Shown: positions 30,569 to 40,185 of the stretch, piece by piece
How positions within the stretch are numbered: position 1 is the first letter of the stretch
Layout of the letters: every line of letters begins with the position of its first letter
Source: a virus
Virus record (IMG/VR): IMGVR_UViG_3300047481_001036
Direction: 5' to 3' (one strand)
Length of the DNA: 64,000 nucleotides
Program-made: the position numbers and the translations under genes
The notes under the pieces: model-generated
Database searches by the model: none
Seen by the model: only the letters and a program-made list of their open reading frames with translations
What the model was told of the DNA's origin: nothing

Positions 30569-30976
30569 ATGAACGATACGACGATTACTCTTGTTGCGGT
30601 TGGTGTTGGCGTGGTGTTTGCTGTGGGTTTCTTTCTGTTTAGTGCGATTCGTGGTGTGCATGGTTCTCTTGCTAATGCCAAGGTTGGAGATATTTTCAAC
30701 TTTGAATATGAGCAACCACATCATGGTGATCCCGAGCGTGTTCTTGCCAAGGTTATCGAGCCGGTTTATACGCTGGACGATCTCCAGATTCGCAGGCTCA
30801 ATGCTCGCAGTCGGTATCGGGCTAATGACCCTAATTTCAAACGTACTAAGCATCTGGTTACTTGCCAGACGAATGATGGTAAGATTCGCAATTTTTATGC
30901 AGAGCGTACTAAGAACGTGCGTAGGTTGCCTATCTCTCATCCCTTGTTTCGTAAGGTAGCCGCGATGGTTCTCTAA
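30569..30976 (+). CDS. membrane-anchored protein with SH3/WYL-like C terminus
   Basis: N-terminal TM helix; FNFEY...DGKIRNFY pattern (weak). Confidence 0.5.
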   Translation: MNDTTITLVAVGVGVVFAVGFFLFSAIRGVHGSLANAKVGDIFNFEYEQPHHGDPERVLAKVIEPVYTLDDLQIRRLNARSRYRANDPNFKRTKHLVTCQTNDGKIRNFYAERTKNVRRLPISHPLFRKVAAMVL

Positions 30977-31723
30977 AAATTGAGCGTCCATAAAAACCCC
31001 TAATCCTAAGTTGTTGCTATGGCAGAACTTAGGACGGGGCGGCGCCGCTAAATTTTCCATAAGTGCTTATCTAATATAGGGTTACGATAACTAAATTTTT
31101 CTTGACAAATTGCCGATAATAGATATAATCAGGCTAAGGAGAAAGTGATGCACACTTGGCGAGTTTGGCAAAATAATCGGATTGTTGGTTATATAACCGC
31201 AGTATCCGAATACGAAGCATACGCAAAAGCCACTGATAAATACGGACGGTATCTTTGGGTTGAACGAATACTAGATAACTGTCCTGCCTAATCCTACGGA
31301 TTTGGGTTGTGTGGGTGTAGTCAGCGAAACTTAGAGGACTATAATGAGTGCAATATCGAATGCTGTTGAATCTTTATTCAAAACTAAAAATGTAGAATTT
31401 TCTCAGTTTGAAATATGTATGCTTATTGCTGGTCTATATCTTTTGAAGGATAAACAAGAAGAATTCTATAAAGGAATGATTCACAATCTAATCGAAAAAG
31501 TTTCTAAAGTTGAGGACACTTGACAGCCGATAATGGCTATGCTAGAATCTAAAATCTATGGTAGACTACTCTGACGATACGTTTAGCATTGTGGAGATGA
31601 TTGCTAACGGCAAGGGACTTGCTCTGGTTTGTCATTATCACTACGAGTTGCATAATGGCGATGAGGTGGTATACTGGTCGTACTACTTGCACGATATTCT
31701 AAAGTTTTTGAGGAACTATAAAA

Positions 31724-32203
31724 ATGCCTAACTGGTGCCTGAATAAGTTGACCGTTTCCCATGCAGATAAGACTGCTATGGATAGGTTTGTGGAGTCTTA
31801 CAATAAAGGAACTGTTTGTAATGAGTTTCTACCTATACCAAGCGATATTGGCGATGGATGGTACGATTGGTGCGTAAATAACTGGGGAACAAAGTGGGAT
31901 ATTGGTGCGGACTTAGGAACAGAGAGAGAAGAGTTTCATGGTCTAAAGGCCACTGTGGTGGACAATGAGGCTTGTTGTTCATTTGACAGTGCTTGGGCTC
32001 CTCCCATCGGATTATATGAAAAACTGGATGAGTTGGGCTATAAGGTTCATGCTAGTTATTTTGAGCCAGGAATGTGCTTTTGTGGTATATGGACTGATGG
32101 ATATGATAACTATATCGAATATAAGACTAAGGATATGATTCCTGTGGGTATTTGGAATGATTTTGATTGTGGGTCTTTCTTTGACGAAACGGTAGAAGCC
32201 TAA
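31724..32203 (+). CDS. DUF1281/YubB-like protein
   Basis: MPNWCLN...WYDWCVNNWGTKWD...FDSAWAPP...YFEPGMCFCG. Confidence 0.8.
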   Translation: MPNWCLNKLTVSHADKTAMDRFVESYNKGTVCNEFLPIPSDIGDGWYDWCVNNWGTKWDIGADLGTEREEFHGLKATVVDNEACCSFDSAWAPPIGLYEKLDELGYKVHASYFEPGMCFCGIWTDGYDNYIEYKTKDMIPVGIWNDFDCGSFFDETVEA

Positions 32204-32355
32204 ACGCTTCCTCGCTCTAAGTGCTTAGCCCAAGGGCACTTAGGGCGAGTGGCCGCGGCCCGCTGCGTCGTAATTGCTTACCCCACAACGCTTTGCATCA
32301 AAAAATATTTTTTCAAGCAAATCCTATTGACAAGCCGATAATAGAGTGTAGAATG

Positions 32356-32830
32356 ACTGAAGAACAAGCAAACGCTTGTTGGTTATGTCGGGCCGAGTAG
32401 CCGGTAAAAACGGTAGTTGATGTCCTAGGAAACGTTTTCTACAATCGGTCCTAACAATACAAACATTCGTAGGTCCATGCTCGGGACTAGATAGGGTTAA
32501 GCCATTACGATAAACCTACCGTTCGTTATGCGAGGTGGGGTTGACAGCGGGCTTAAACGCTGTATAGTAGTGCTTATCTATGGGGGATAGCGTCCCCACT
32601 ACGATTCATATAATTACTTCGTGGGTTCAGCCATAGGAACTAGAGAGTCGATTAATCTATGGGGGATGGCGTCCTCACCACGACCAATACAACCAGTAAT
32701 CGTTCCCAAGAGCCAGACGGCATGAGTCATGAACTATGCCTAGGAAGGATTTCCGTGGGCGGTTTCCACAGTTCCGTCAAAGGGTAGACTGTTGGGCAAT
32801 AGAATCGGGGCGTAAAAGATTCGCTGGTTT
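32356..32830 (+). ncRNA. candidate large structured RNA(s)
   Basis: Promoter at 32327; no plausible ORF; many hairpins and a duplicated GGGGA-N5-TCC(C/T)C module. Confidence 0.5.
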
Positions 32831-32872
32831 TTTATATTGACAAGCCGATAATAGATGGTAGAATACAGGTAT

Positions 32873-32958
32873 GGCGAATGTAGTTTAACTGGAAAAACAC
32901 TCTTCATACAATATATTATATGATTAAGACTTGATGGTTCGAGTCCATCCATTTGCCC
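32873..32958 (+). ncRNA. tRNA-like RNA with non-canonical anticodon arm
   Basis: Acceptor GGCGAATG/CATTTGCC, D arm GTTT/AAAC, T arm GATGG-TTCGAGT-CCATC; no 5-7-5 anticodon arm. Confidence 0.6.
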
Positions 32959-33149
32959 CTTAATACTAGAATGTGTAAAGCATGACTAAAGAACAAGCGA
33001 TAGTTAAGATATTGAAAGTTTTAAAGAATCCTATGATGGTTATGAGTGTTTATAATCGGGATGAAGCCTTGACTTTAGCAGAAGAATATGGTATAACGGC
33101 TAAAGAGTTGATTGAGGTGTGGGCCGATTTAGCAATGAGGGTATAACGA

Positions 33150-34370
33150 TGACTTGGCGAACCGGAAAACCTATTGATATGGGTTATTATCTTTGTGCTA
33201 TTGTTGGTAATAATAAGCCTACTGAATTATATTGGGATGGTTCTGTTTGGAGTTATCAAAATACCGATTGGGAAACTCTTGATAATAATGAAGTAGCCTA
33301 TTATATGTATCTTGGTGATATTCCTATGCCGGAGGGTTGGTAATGAAAGCCTATGCTATTGTTTGTGAGTACGGGGCCGCTAGTATTCATGAATCTATTG
33401 AGATGATTTGTAAGACTGAAAAGATTGCACGATCATATTATAATGATGCTGAGTTTTATGGTAGGCCGGTTGATATTCGTGAAATAGAGATTGTGACCAA
33501 ACCATATCAGAAGTCTCCTATCTACTTGAAAAGTATCAAAAGAAAAAAGGTTAAGAAATGACCGTTAACGAACTGGTTGAGCAGTTGAAAAGTTATCCGG
33601 GCGATATGAGGGTTCTTACTCTTGGTTATGAGGGTGGGTATCATGATATTAGGTTGGATAATGACGATATTGTGTTCGATGTTAAGCGTGGTGATGGGGC
33701 TTGGTATTATGGGCCTCACGAATGTGTGAAGTTTACCGATGAGAAGGTTGGTACTCTGTGTTTGATTGTTGGGAGAGGTAAATGATCTATCTTAATCTGA
33801 ATGAAATTGAAAGATTGTGTGAGATTGTGGCCGAGTTGACAAAGTTGAAGATGGGCGTGGTGGCTGAACTCAAGGGTACTAAGTGGATTATTGAGGTTAC
33901 TAACTAATGGAATGGAATAACTCTCATAAGAATCCTCCAACCGAAGGCCAGAAAGTTTATTACTTTGGGCCACAAATCGGTATAGGAATTGGTTATTATT
34001 CTTTTAACGAGAATAGTTCATTTACTCCATACTATTATGATGACAATGGTGTGAAGGTATATGAGGATAAAGTAATAGAACTATGTCCACATGTTTTCAA
34101 GAATACTGACAATACTTACTGGGGGATCGTGGACGCTTGTGATGCTCCTTACTGGCTTCCTTACGATGAGGAACGAGCCAAGAGTTGGTGTCCGATTATT
34201 CCAGAGAAATATACGAAAGATTTGTACGATTGAATATGGAACTTAAAACACTTAGCGATATTTGTCCGTGTGGGGCGTGTGAAGTTTTGGTGTGGAAGTA
34301 TGATAATAATGGACTTATCTGGAACTTTTGCCAGAGATGCCATTGGTGGTATGTCGGAAATGATTGGTAG
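33150..34370 (+). CDS. run of small hypothetical genes (to 33343, 33561, 33785, 34233, 34370)
   Basis: Overlapping co-oriented ORFs; two have DUF551-like W...P starts. Confidence 0.55.
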
Positions 34371-34666
34371 ATAAGGACTTACGACCAACCCGGCGGCGGA
34401 AATTTGACCTAAGTTCTTATCCAACAACGACTTAGGATATATTAAAGATTGCTCTTGACGTTTGCCGATAATAGAGTATACTAATACGGCAGGACAGAAA
34501 CGGGCCGCTGGCAGAATAACGTTAAAGAAGCCACGGTTAAATGCAAGGCCGAGTATGGCATAACCCGGTCTGTCTCTGCTAATCCTACGGATTTGGCTAG
34601 AGTGGCTGTAGTCAGCGAAAGTTTAAAGGTCTTGACAAGATTTAGCCGATAAGGTATACTGGTAAC

Positions 34667-35149
34667 ATGAAACAGAAACCACTATATGGCGAAGTTCGAT
34701 TCCATCTTGGCAGTGGAAAAAATTATATGCATTGGCAAGTGCGCGTCAAGCAGGGTGGGCAGACTGTTGATGTATATTATTACGATCCTAATGAATATCA
34801 GTTAGAATTACGTGGTTGTAAACTTCGCAATCGTCCTAATAAAGCCAAGCAAGTTTTTGAGGCTGGTGTGCATGATGTGAGTGGGTGGATTCGGTGTGAA
34901 GAAACCATGCTTAGGAAAAGTTTTTATCCCATTTTACCTGTTGACAACCTTGAGCGTGTGTTTTATAATCCACTTCGTGATCCGCACTGGCGACGAGAAA
35001 GTGATAATAATGAGTTTATTTGGGACGAAACTGAGTATGCCACACTGATTACTCACGGTAAACAAGTTTATATTTTGGAAGAACGCGATTGTGCATTTGA
35101 CGATCTTAGAGAAATTGATTCAAAGTATTTAGGAGATTTTAAGGTATGA
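34667..35149 (+). CDS. hypothetical protein (possibly leaderless)
   Basis: 160 aa; ATG lies 6 nt after TATACT. Confidence 0.65.
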   Translation: MKQKPLYGEVRFHLGSGKNYMHWQVRVKQGGQTVDVYYYDPNEYQLELRGCKLRNRPNKAKQVFEAGVHDVSGWIRCEETMLRKSFYPILPVDNLERVFYNPLRDPHWRRESDNNEFIWDETEYATLITHGKQVYILEERDCAFDDLREIDSKYLGDFKV

Positions 35150-35514
35150 TTAGTATTCAAGTGACGATTGCAGAGGCTATTGCTATTGCCAACACTGCGG
35201 GTAACGATCTGCATGATCGTATCGTGAAGAATATCGAGGTGGCTCTTGGTATTAACCAGAGTCGTGACGTTACTATTACTAAGATGCCGGGAGACAATCG
35301 TATTCCTTGCATCAAGGCTATTCGCCTGCACTCTGGATGGGGATTGAGAGAGGCTAAAGAGTGGACGGATATGTTGGTTGGGCGTTATGATACAAATATC
35401 GGACGCTGGGTGACTGGTGGTATTAAGAATACTATCAAGTTGCCTACTCCGGCTGCCGCCGAGGCTCTCTTGCGTGATCTGGTCGGTTTGGGTTGTGAGG
35501 GATATTTATCTTGA
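35146..35514 (+). CDS. ribosomal protein bL12 (L7/L12) C-terminal-domain-like protein
   Basis: RIPCIKAIRLHSGWGLREAKEWTD compared with bL12 KIxVIKxVRxxTGLGLKEAKxLVE; ends AAAEALLRDLVGLGC. Confidence 0.7.
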   Translation: MISIQVTIAEAIAIANTAGNDLHDRIVKNIEVALGINQSRDVTITKMPGDNRIPCIKAIRLHSGWGLREAKEWTDMLVGRYDTNIGRWVTGGIKNTIKLPTPAAAEALLRDLVGLGCEGYLS

Positions 35515-35800
35515 TCTAAAGCCTTGTCCCTAAAGAACTTAGGGTGAGGCGGCGCGGCCCGATTTGACATAACTCCTTATAGCAAAACAACTTAGGAACA
35601 ATTCAAATAATCTGGAATTTTGATTCACGAACCGTCTTGACAATGACGATAACTAAGGTATACTGATAGCATCACACGACAAGAGTGCCAAACGATCCCG
35701 AAAACAACAAAAGTTCGGATTGGCCCTTGACAAGTGATGATGTATATGGTATGATTACTTTACTTGGTTAGATTACACTTTTTGGAAAGGGTTTATTACT

Positions 35801-36052
35801 ATGAAGAAGTTTACGTTTGCTGTCGATATTGTCGCTGATGACCTTGATCGTGAGGTTGTGGTCGATTCGATCCGTTCGTGTCTGGCCGATGCTCTGCCAG
35901 GTGATGTTCATGCGAATGTCAAGGCTGGCGAGATCAAGGTGTTCTCGGAGCAAGGCTATAAGGTGTGGCGTGCCCGTGTGACTGGTGTGACTGCGGAACA
36001 GGCCGGTGATGCTCACAACGCAAAGGTTGAGAAGGAAACCGTCGAGGCCTGA
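35801..36052 (+). CDS. hypothetical protein
   Basis: 83 aa. Confidence 0.6.
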   Translation: MKKFTFAVDIVADDLDREVVVDSIRSCLADALPGDVHANVKAGEIKVFSEQGYKVWRARVTGVTAEQAGDAHNAKVEKETVEA

Positions 36053-36066
36053 CCTTGACAAACTGG

Positions 36067-36275
36067 ACTATGCCAGTATAAATAGTATTTAGGCATAGTG
36101 CGGCGGGATTCGTCCCGCGTATGACGCTGGCAATACCAGCCTAGCAGAGTCTAACCAACTAATAACCAGCGTGGTTGCTGGGAAGGGGTCTGCTGCTAGT
36201 AATATAACGATGGTAAAGTGATCCCACCATCAAACCGTACAGCCCTCACGGGACGCCGTGTGGGCTTGCGGCATT
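36067..36275 (+). ncRNA. candidate structured RNA upstream of tRNA-Arg
   Basis: Consecutive hairpins including GCGGGA-TTCG-TCCCGC; no ORF. Confidence 0.4.
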
Positions 36276-36281
36276 GAATAC

Positions 36282-36354
36282 GCTGCCGTGGCCGAGTAGA
36301 TTAGGCATCAACCTTCTAAGTTGACTCACGAGGGTGCAAATCCTTCCGGCAGTA
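36282..36354 (+). tRNA. tRNA-Arg(UCU)
   Basis: GCTGCCG/CGGCAGT acceptor; TCAAC-CTTCTAA-GTTGA; variant T loop TGCAAAT. Confidence 0.85.
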
Positions 36355-36811
36355 TTAAATTAATATGATCGAGTTCCCAGTGATGATTAGGACATAACGC
36401 TATAAGATTATCTATGTTATTAATTTCTGATATTGTTGCAGTATCGGGGAAGGATGATATAGAGCGAATATGACAAACTTCGAAGTGATTATCATAGCCA
36501 CAAACAATGCAGCATTGTGGCTTATCTGAAGATCTATATATATTCCTAGCTAGATTTCTTATTCTGGAATTTTTTTGATATTTACGCTTATTGGTTGCTT
36601 CACCATATGTTATAGTATTCCAGTCTTTGTTCATGGGATTGCATCCGGTACAAAATTTACGTCTGAAAAATCCAGTTTCTTTACCACAAGATTTACAATA
36701 ACTAATTTGCTTTTTTCTTTTTGGTATCTTATTAGTAGTTTTTACTGAACAAGATCTAGAGCAAAATTTAGGATTATTAGTAGATTTTCCACAACAAACA
36801 CAATTAGCCAT
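36326..36811 (-). CDS. free-standing HNH endonuclease with Zn-binding N terminus
   Basis: CVCCGK..KFCSRSC, CKSCG..FCTGC, CIVCG...EVCHI...NLIALCPNHHWELD. Confidence 0.85.
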   Translation of the reverse strand: MANCVCCGKSTNNPKFCSRSCSVKTTNKIPKRKKQISYCKSCGKETGFFRRKFCTGCNPMNKDWNTITYGEATNKRKYQKNSRIRNLARNIYRSSDKPQCCIVCGYDNHFEVCHIRSISSFPDTATISEINNIDNLIALCPNHHWELDHINLILPEGFAPS

Positions 36812-37027
36812 AATAATCTCCTATCTGAAGTTGCTACTACTTCTATATACACCAAAGCATATTCGATTCTAACTCTTTTGCTGGTAAGGACTTAGGACAA
36901 ATCAGAGGGGCCGGGTTCGACGTAACTCCTTTAGCTTCAACAACTTACGCCAAAATAATTTTTCCACAATTTTTCTCTTGACAGTGCCGATAATCTAGTG
37001 TAGAATCACGAGACACAGGAGATAATC

Positions 37028-37732
37028 ATGAAAGTTGCAAACGGTAACGATAAGTTGGGCAAGGGTTGTTTGGTCGTTTCTCGTCCGGTTGGTGATACTT
37101 GTCCCTCGGATTGTGATTTTCTCGGTAACGGTTGCTATGCCGAAAATACTGAGAAGATTTATCCCAATGTTCGTCCCGCCGGTATGCAAAATCTTATCAC
37201 GGAGAAAAATCGTATTCGTGCTATGATTCTCGACGCCTTGCGTCAAGGTAAAAGTATCCGCTGGCATGAACGTGGCGATTGGTTTCTCAATGGCGAACTC
37301 GACACCAACTATGTTGATAACGTAGTCTGGGCATGTGAGAGTATTCTTGCCGAAGGTAAGGCTCTGCCCGATATGTGGTTTTATACTCATATCTATGATA
37401 ATAGGCTATCATCTATGGAAAAGTATATGGCGGTCTATGCTAGTATCCATGATGCTAATGATAAGGCCGAAGCGGTTGCCGCTGGTTTCAAACTCTTTGC
37501 ATGGTGCGATAGCGACGAGAAAATTGTTAGCAAGCGTCCGCGTAACAAGGCTAAGGCCGATGCTTGGCGAGCAGCGTTGCCGAAACTTGTTGTGATTGAC
37601 GATGCCAAATATGTTACTTGCCCCGAAATCCGTCGTGGTCGCGGAGTTGTGACTTGTACCCCCACAAAGGGTAGTGTGTCGTGTGACCTTTGTGTTCGTG
37701 GTTTGGCTAACGTGCTTTTTCCTTCTCACTAA
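37028..37732 (+). CDS. phage gp88-like protein
   Basis: TCPSDC...CYA...IRWHERGDW...WFYTH...CP...CDLC. Confidence 0.65.
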   Translation: MKVANGNDKLGKGCLVVSRPVGDTCPSDCDFLGNGCYAENTEKIYPNVRPAGMQNLITEKNRIRAMILDALRQGKSIRWHERGDWFLNGELDTNYVDNVVWACESILAEGKALPDMWFYTHIYDNRLSSMEKYMAVYASIHDANDKAEAVAAGFKLFAWCDSDEKIVSKRPRNKAKADAWRAALPKLVVIDDAKYVTCPEIRRGRGVVTCTPTKGSVSCDLCVRGLANVLFPSH

Positions 37733-38052
37733 ACATAAAGCCTTGTACCTAAAGAACTTAGGACAAGGCGAGCCGCGAGAATTTGTTCTAAGTACTTGAC
37801 GTCAAACGATTTAGATTTATTCAAGATTTTTAGTTGACAAAGCCGATAATACTCTGTAGAATAGAAGCAATCGAAGGGAGAAAACTATGGAACTCTGGCA
37901 AATTGTCGATGATACTAAAGTGCGTCATGTATGGCGTTGTGCTGAATGTGAAGATGAAATAAATATTGTTCCGTGGTGGTATCAAGATAATGGTACTCCA
38001 GTTTGTGTAGATTGTGATGAAGATATGTTGTATCTTGGTACGGAGATGAGAA

Positions 38053-38628
38053 ATGCCTAAGTTTGATTATGTAGGACAATTTACTGATGGTGGAAGTCTG
38101 AATGGATTTTATAAACTTAAAGGCAGAAAATACGGATTTAAAAGTTTTCCAAATCAGAGTTTGGCTGATTTTTCTCATGCTGTGCAGAAAGATTTGTCTA
38201 GTTCAGATTTAGCCCCTAGAGTCTATAGTCCAGTATGCAAAATTAGGGTACCTAATTATTTTGCAGAATCTAATGGGCGTGGTGGTATCCGTACTGTTAC
38301 TCATATGGTCTTAAGTAATTGGGGGTATCTGACTGAAATTGCCAGTCCTTATATCTCTGATGATGGAATGTGTGAGTATGACGATGAAGTTAATGATCTT
38401 TTAGAGATGTTGTATAAATACTATGGCATTGACTATAGTGATAGTCATGAAGGCAATTTTGGTTATGTAAAACGTTTGGGTAAAAAGAAGTTGGTAGTAA
38501 TTGATTTGGGTGCTGAAGGAATAAGTATTGATGACGAAGATGAAAGGTATCCAAAGGTTTGTTGGGATGGTGCCGAGGATTATTCTTGTTATTGTACAAA
38601 CTGTGTAGAAAGATATAGCTATGTCTAA
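38053..38628 (+). CDS. protein-kinase-like fold protein
   Basis: YGFK, LAPRV, catalytic-loop-like DSHEGNFG, VIDLG. Confidence 0.6.
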   Translation: MPKFDYVGQFTDGGSLNGFYKLKGRKYGFKSFPNQSLADFSHAVQKDLSSSDLAPRVYSPVCKIRVPNYFAESNGRGGIRTVTHMVLSNWGYLTEIASPYISDDGMCEYDDEVNDLLEMLYKYYGIDYSDSHEGNFGYVKRLGKKKLVVIDLGAEGISIDDEDERYPKVCWDGAEDYSCYCTNCVERYSYV

Positions 38629-38866
38629 ATATTATATTAAATGTGGTACTCTAGAATTAATTTATTCTACTAATAAAAATCCTTTAGATGCTGCTATTAC
38701 AACATTAGGAGAATGTAATCAATTTGATATTCTAGATGAATATTTTTATATAGATGAAAGAGGATTTAAAGACTATGTAACAGCAGATAAAAATACTCAA
38801 GTAATTAAACTGAATAAAATATGTAGAAAAGCTGGTTGGGAAATTAATAAAGAAGACGAGTTGTAA
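38621..38866 (+). CDS. hypothetical protein
   Basis: Stop TAA is the start of the repeat site at 38864. Confidence 0.6.
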   Translation: MSKYYIKCGTLELIYSTNKNPLDAAITTLGECNQFDILDEYFYIDERGFKDYVTADKNTQVIKLNKICRKAGWEINKEDEL

Positions 38867-39011
38867 ATCTAAGGGACTACAGCACTTACGGCTGGTCCCT
38901 CCGCGTTATTCGGTTCTAAGTCTTTGTTTTTCAAGTACTTAGGAAAAACTAAAGAAACAATTGACAGATGCCGATAATTATGATATGCTTGTTAGAAGAA
39001 AAGGAGAGCGG

Positions 39012-39269
39012 ATGATCCAGTGGATTGGTGTGATAATTGCATTATTGGGATTGGCCTATAATGGTGTAAAAGATTATCAGAAAGGCGATATAAAAATACC
39101 GCAACTGCCACAAAAACAAGTATTGACAAAACCGGTTTATCCTATACAATACTGTTTAATGGCTTATGATCCTAATTTAGACAAGGTTTTTTATCTTCAC
39201 GAAAACGGTCAATGGTTTGATTATGCACCACCTCAACGACGATATGCGACCCAAACGCAATCACAATAA
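39012..39269 (+). CDS. membrane-anchored hypothetical protein
   Basis: AAGGAG SD; N-terminal hydrophobic helix. Confidence 0.6.
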   Translation: MIQWIGVIIALLGLAYNGVKDYQKGDIKIPQLPQKQVLTKPVYPIQYCLMAYDPNLDKVFYLHENGQWFDYAPPQRRYATQTQSQ

Positions 39270-39411
39270 AATTAAAATAAAGACTAAAAAGCCTTGGGAG
39301 TTGGCTACAGGACACAGAGAGGAACGTAATACGTTATTTGATAATCGTCCGAAACGTATGCGTACCCGTCGAGACATTGACAAAACTTGGCGAAACGAGT
39401 ATGATATGTAA
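39244..39411 (+). CDS. small basic protein, paralogue of 28418-28576
   Basis: PWELATGH...DNRPKRMRTR. Confidence 0.6.
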   Translation: MRPKRNHNKIKIKTKKPWELATGHREERNTLFDNRPKRMRTRRDIDKTWRNEYDM

Positions 39412-39416
39412 TATGA

Positions 39417-39492
39417 CGGGGAATAGAGAAGCCTAGCCGTTCTCGTCGGTCTCATAAGCCGAAGATCGTGGGTGCGAATCCCACTTCCCCTA
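39417..39492 (+). tRNA. tRNA-Met(CAU), initiator-like
   Basis: C1:U72 mismatch; TCGGT-CTCATAA-GCCGA (only two of the three initiator G-C pairs). Confidence 0.8.
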
Positions 39493-39555
39493 CTTGTCGT
39501 GTCTACCCATGTGGATAGAGCGATCTTGACTCGTCAGAAATGGCGAGTCTTGCGG

Positions 39556-39627
39556 GCCGATGTAGCACAACGGTAGTGCAATTGATTTGTAATCAATAGG
39601 TTGAAGGTTCAAATCCTTTCGTCGGCT
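39556..39627 (+). tRNA. tRNA-Thr(UGU)
   Basis: ATTGA-TTTGTAA-TCAAT; full cloverleaf. Confidence 0.92.
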
Positions 39628-39640
39628 TATTGGAAATTAT

Positions 39641-39850
39641 ATGGAAAAACCTAAAAAGTTTATTGATTCTACTGTTGGAACCCTAGATATTTTATCTAAG
39701 GGCAAGATAGAGTATGTTTTTATTCATACTGCTTCTTATTTAGCTAATAAAGAGTGCGATAAATTAGAAGCTATGGGTCATTGGTTAATACAAGCTGCAC
39801 AATATCTTAGAGAAAGCAAAAAGGAGAGCGGAAGTCATAGAGATAGATAA
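39641..39850 (+). CDS. hypothetical protein within tRNA cluster
   Basis: 69 aa. Confidence 0.5.
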   Translation: MEKPKKFIDSTVGTLDILSKGKIEYVFIHTASYLANKECDKLEAMGHWLIQAAQYLRESKKESGSHRDR

Positions 39851-39853
39851 TAT

Positions 39854-39926
39854 TGCCCGATAGCTTAATTGGTAGAGCGGCTGACTTTGGATCAGCTGGT
39901 TGTAGGTTCGAGTCCTACTCGGGCAT
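39854..39926 (+). tRNA. tRNA-Gln(UUG)
   Basis: GCTGA-CTTTGGA-TCAGC. Confidence 0.92.
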
Positions 39927-39929
39927 TTA

Positions 39930-40015
39930 GGAAACTTGGCAGAGTGGTCGAATGCGTCTGACTAGAAATCAGATGAGGCTAATAACCTCCGTGGGTTCGA
40001 ATCCTACAGTTTCCG
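39930..40015 (+). tRNA. tRNA-Ser(AGA)
   Basis: TCTGA-CTAGAAA-TCAGA; long variable arm; G73. Confidence 0.9.
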
Positions 40016-40019
40016 TTAT

Positions 40020-40092
40020 TGCCCAGTAGCACAATGGTAGTTGCAAGCGGCTGTTAACCGCTGGGTTGTAGGTTCGAGTCCTACCTGGGCAG
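40020..40092 (+). tRNA. tRNA-Asn(GUU)
   Basis: AGCGG-CTGTTAA-CCGCT. Confidence 0.92.
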
Positions 40093-40097
40093 TTTTT

Positions 40098-40184
40098 GGA
40101 ATCTTGGCCGAGTGGTTTAAGGCAGCGGTTTACTAAACCGCCGAGGGTTAAAATCCTCCGTGGGTTCGAATCCCTCAGATTCCG
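40098..40184 (+). tRNA. tRNA-Ser(ACU)
   Basis: GCGGT-TTACTAA-ACCGC; long variable arm; G73. Confidence 0.9.
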
Positions 40185-40185
40185 T

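Noticed and set aside
32873-32958. Calling this a tRNA-His or tRNA-Met
   Set aside because: There is no valid anticodon stem-loop; it is reported as tRNA-like only.
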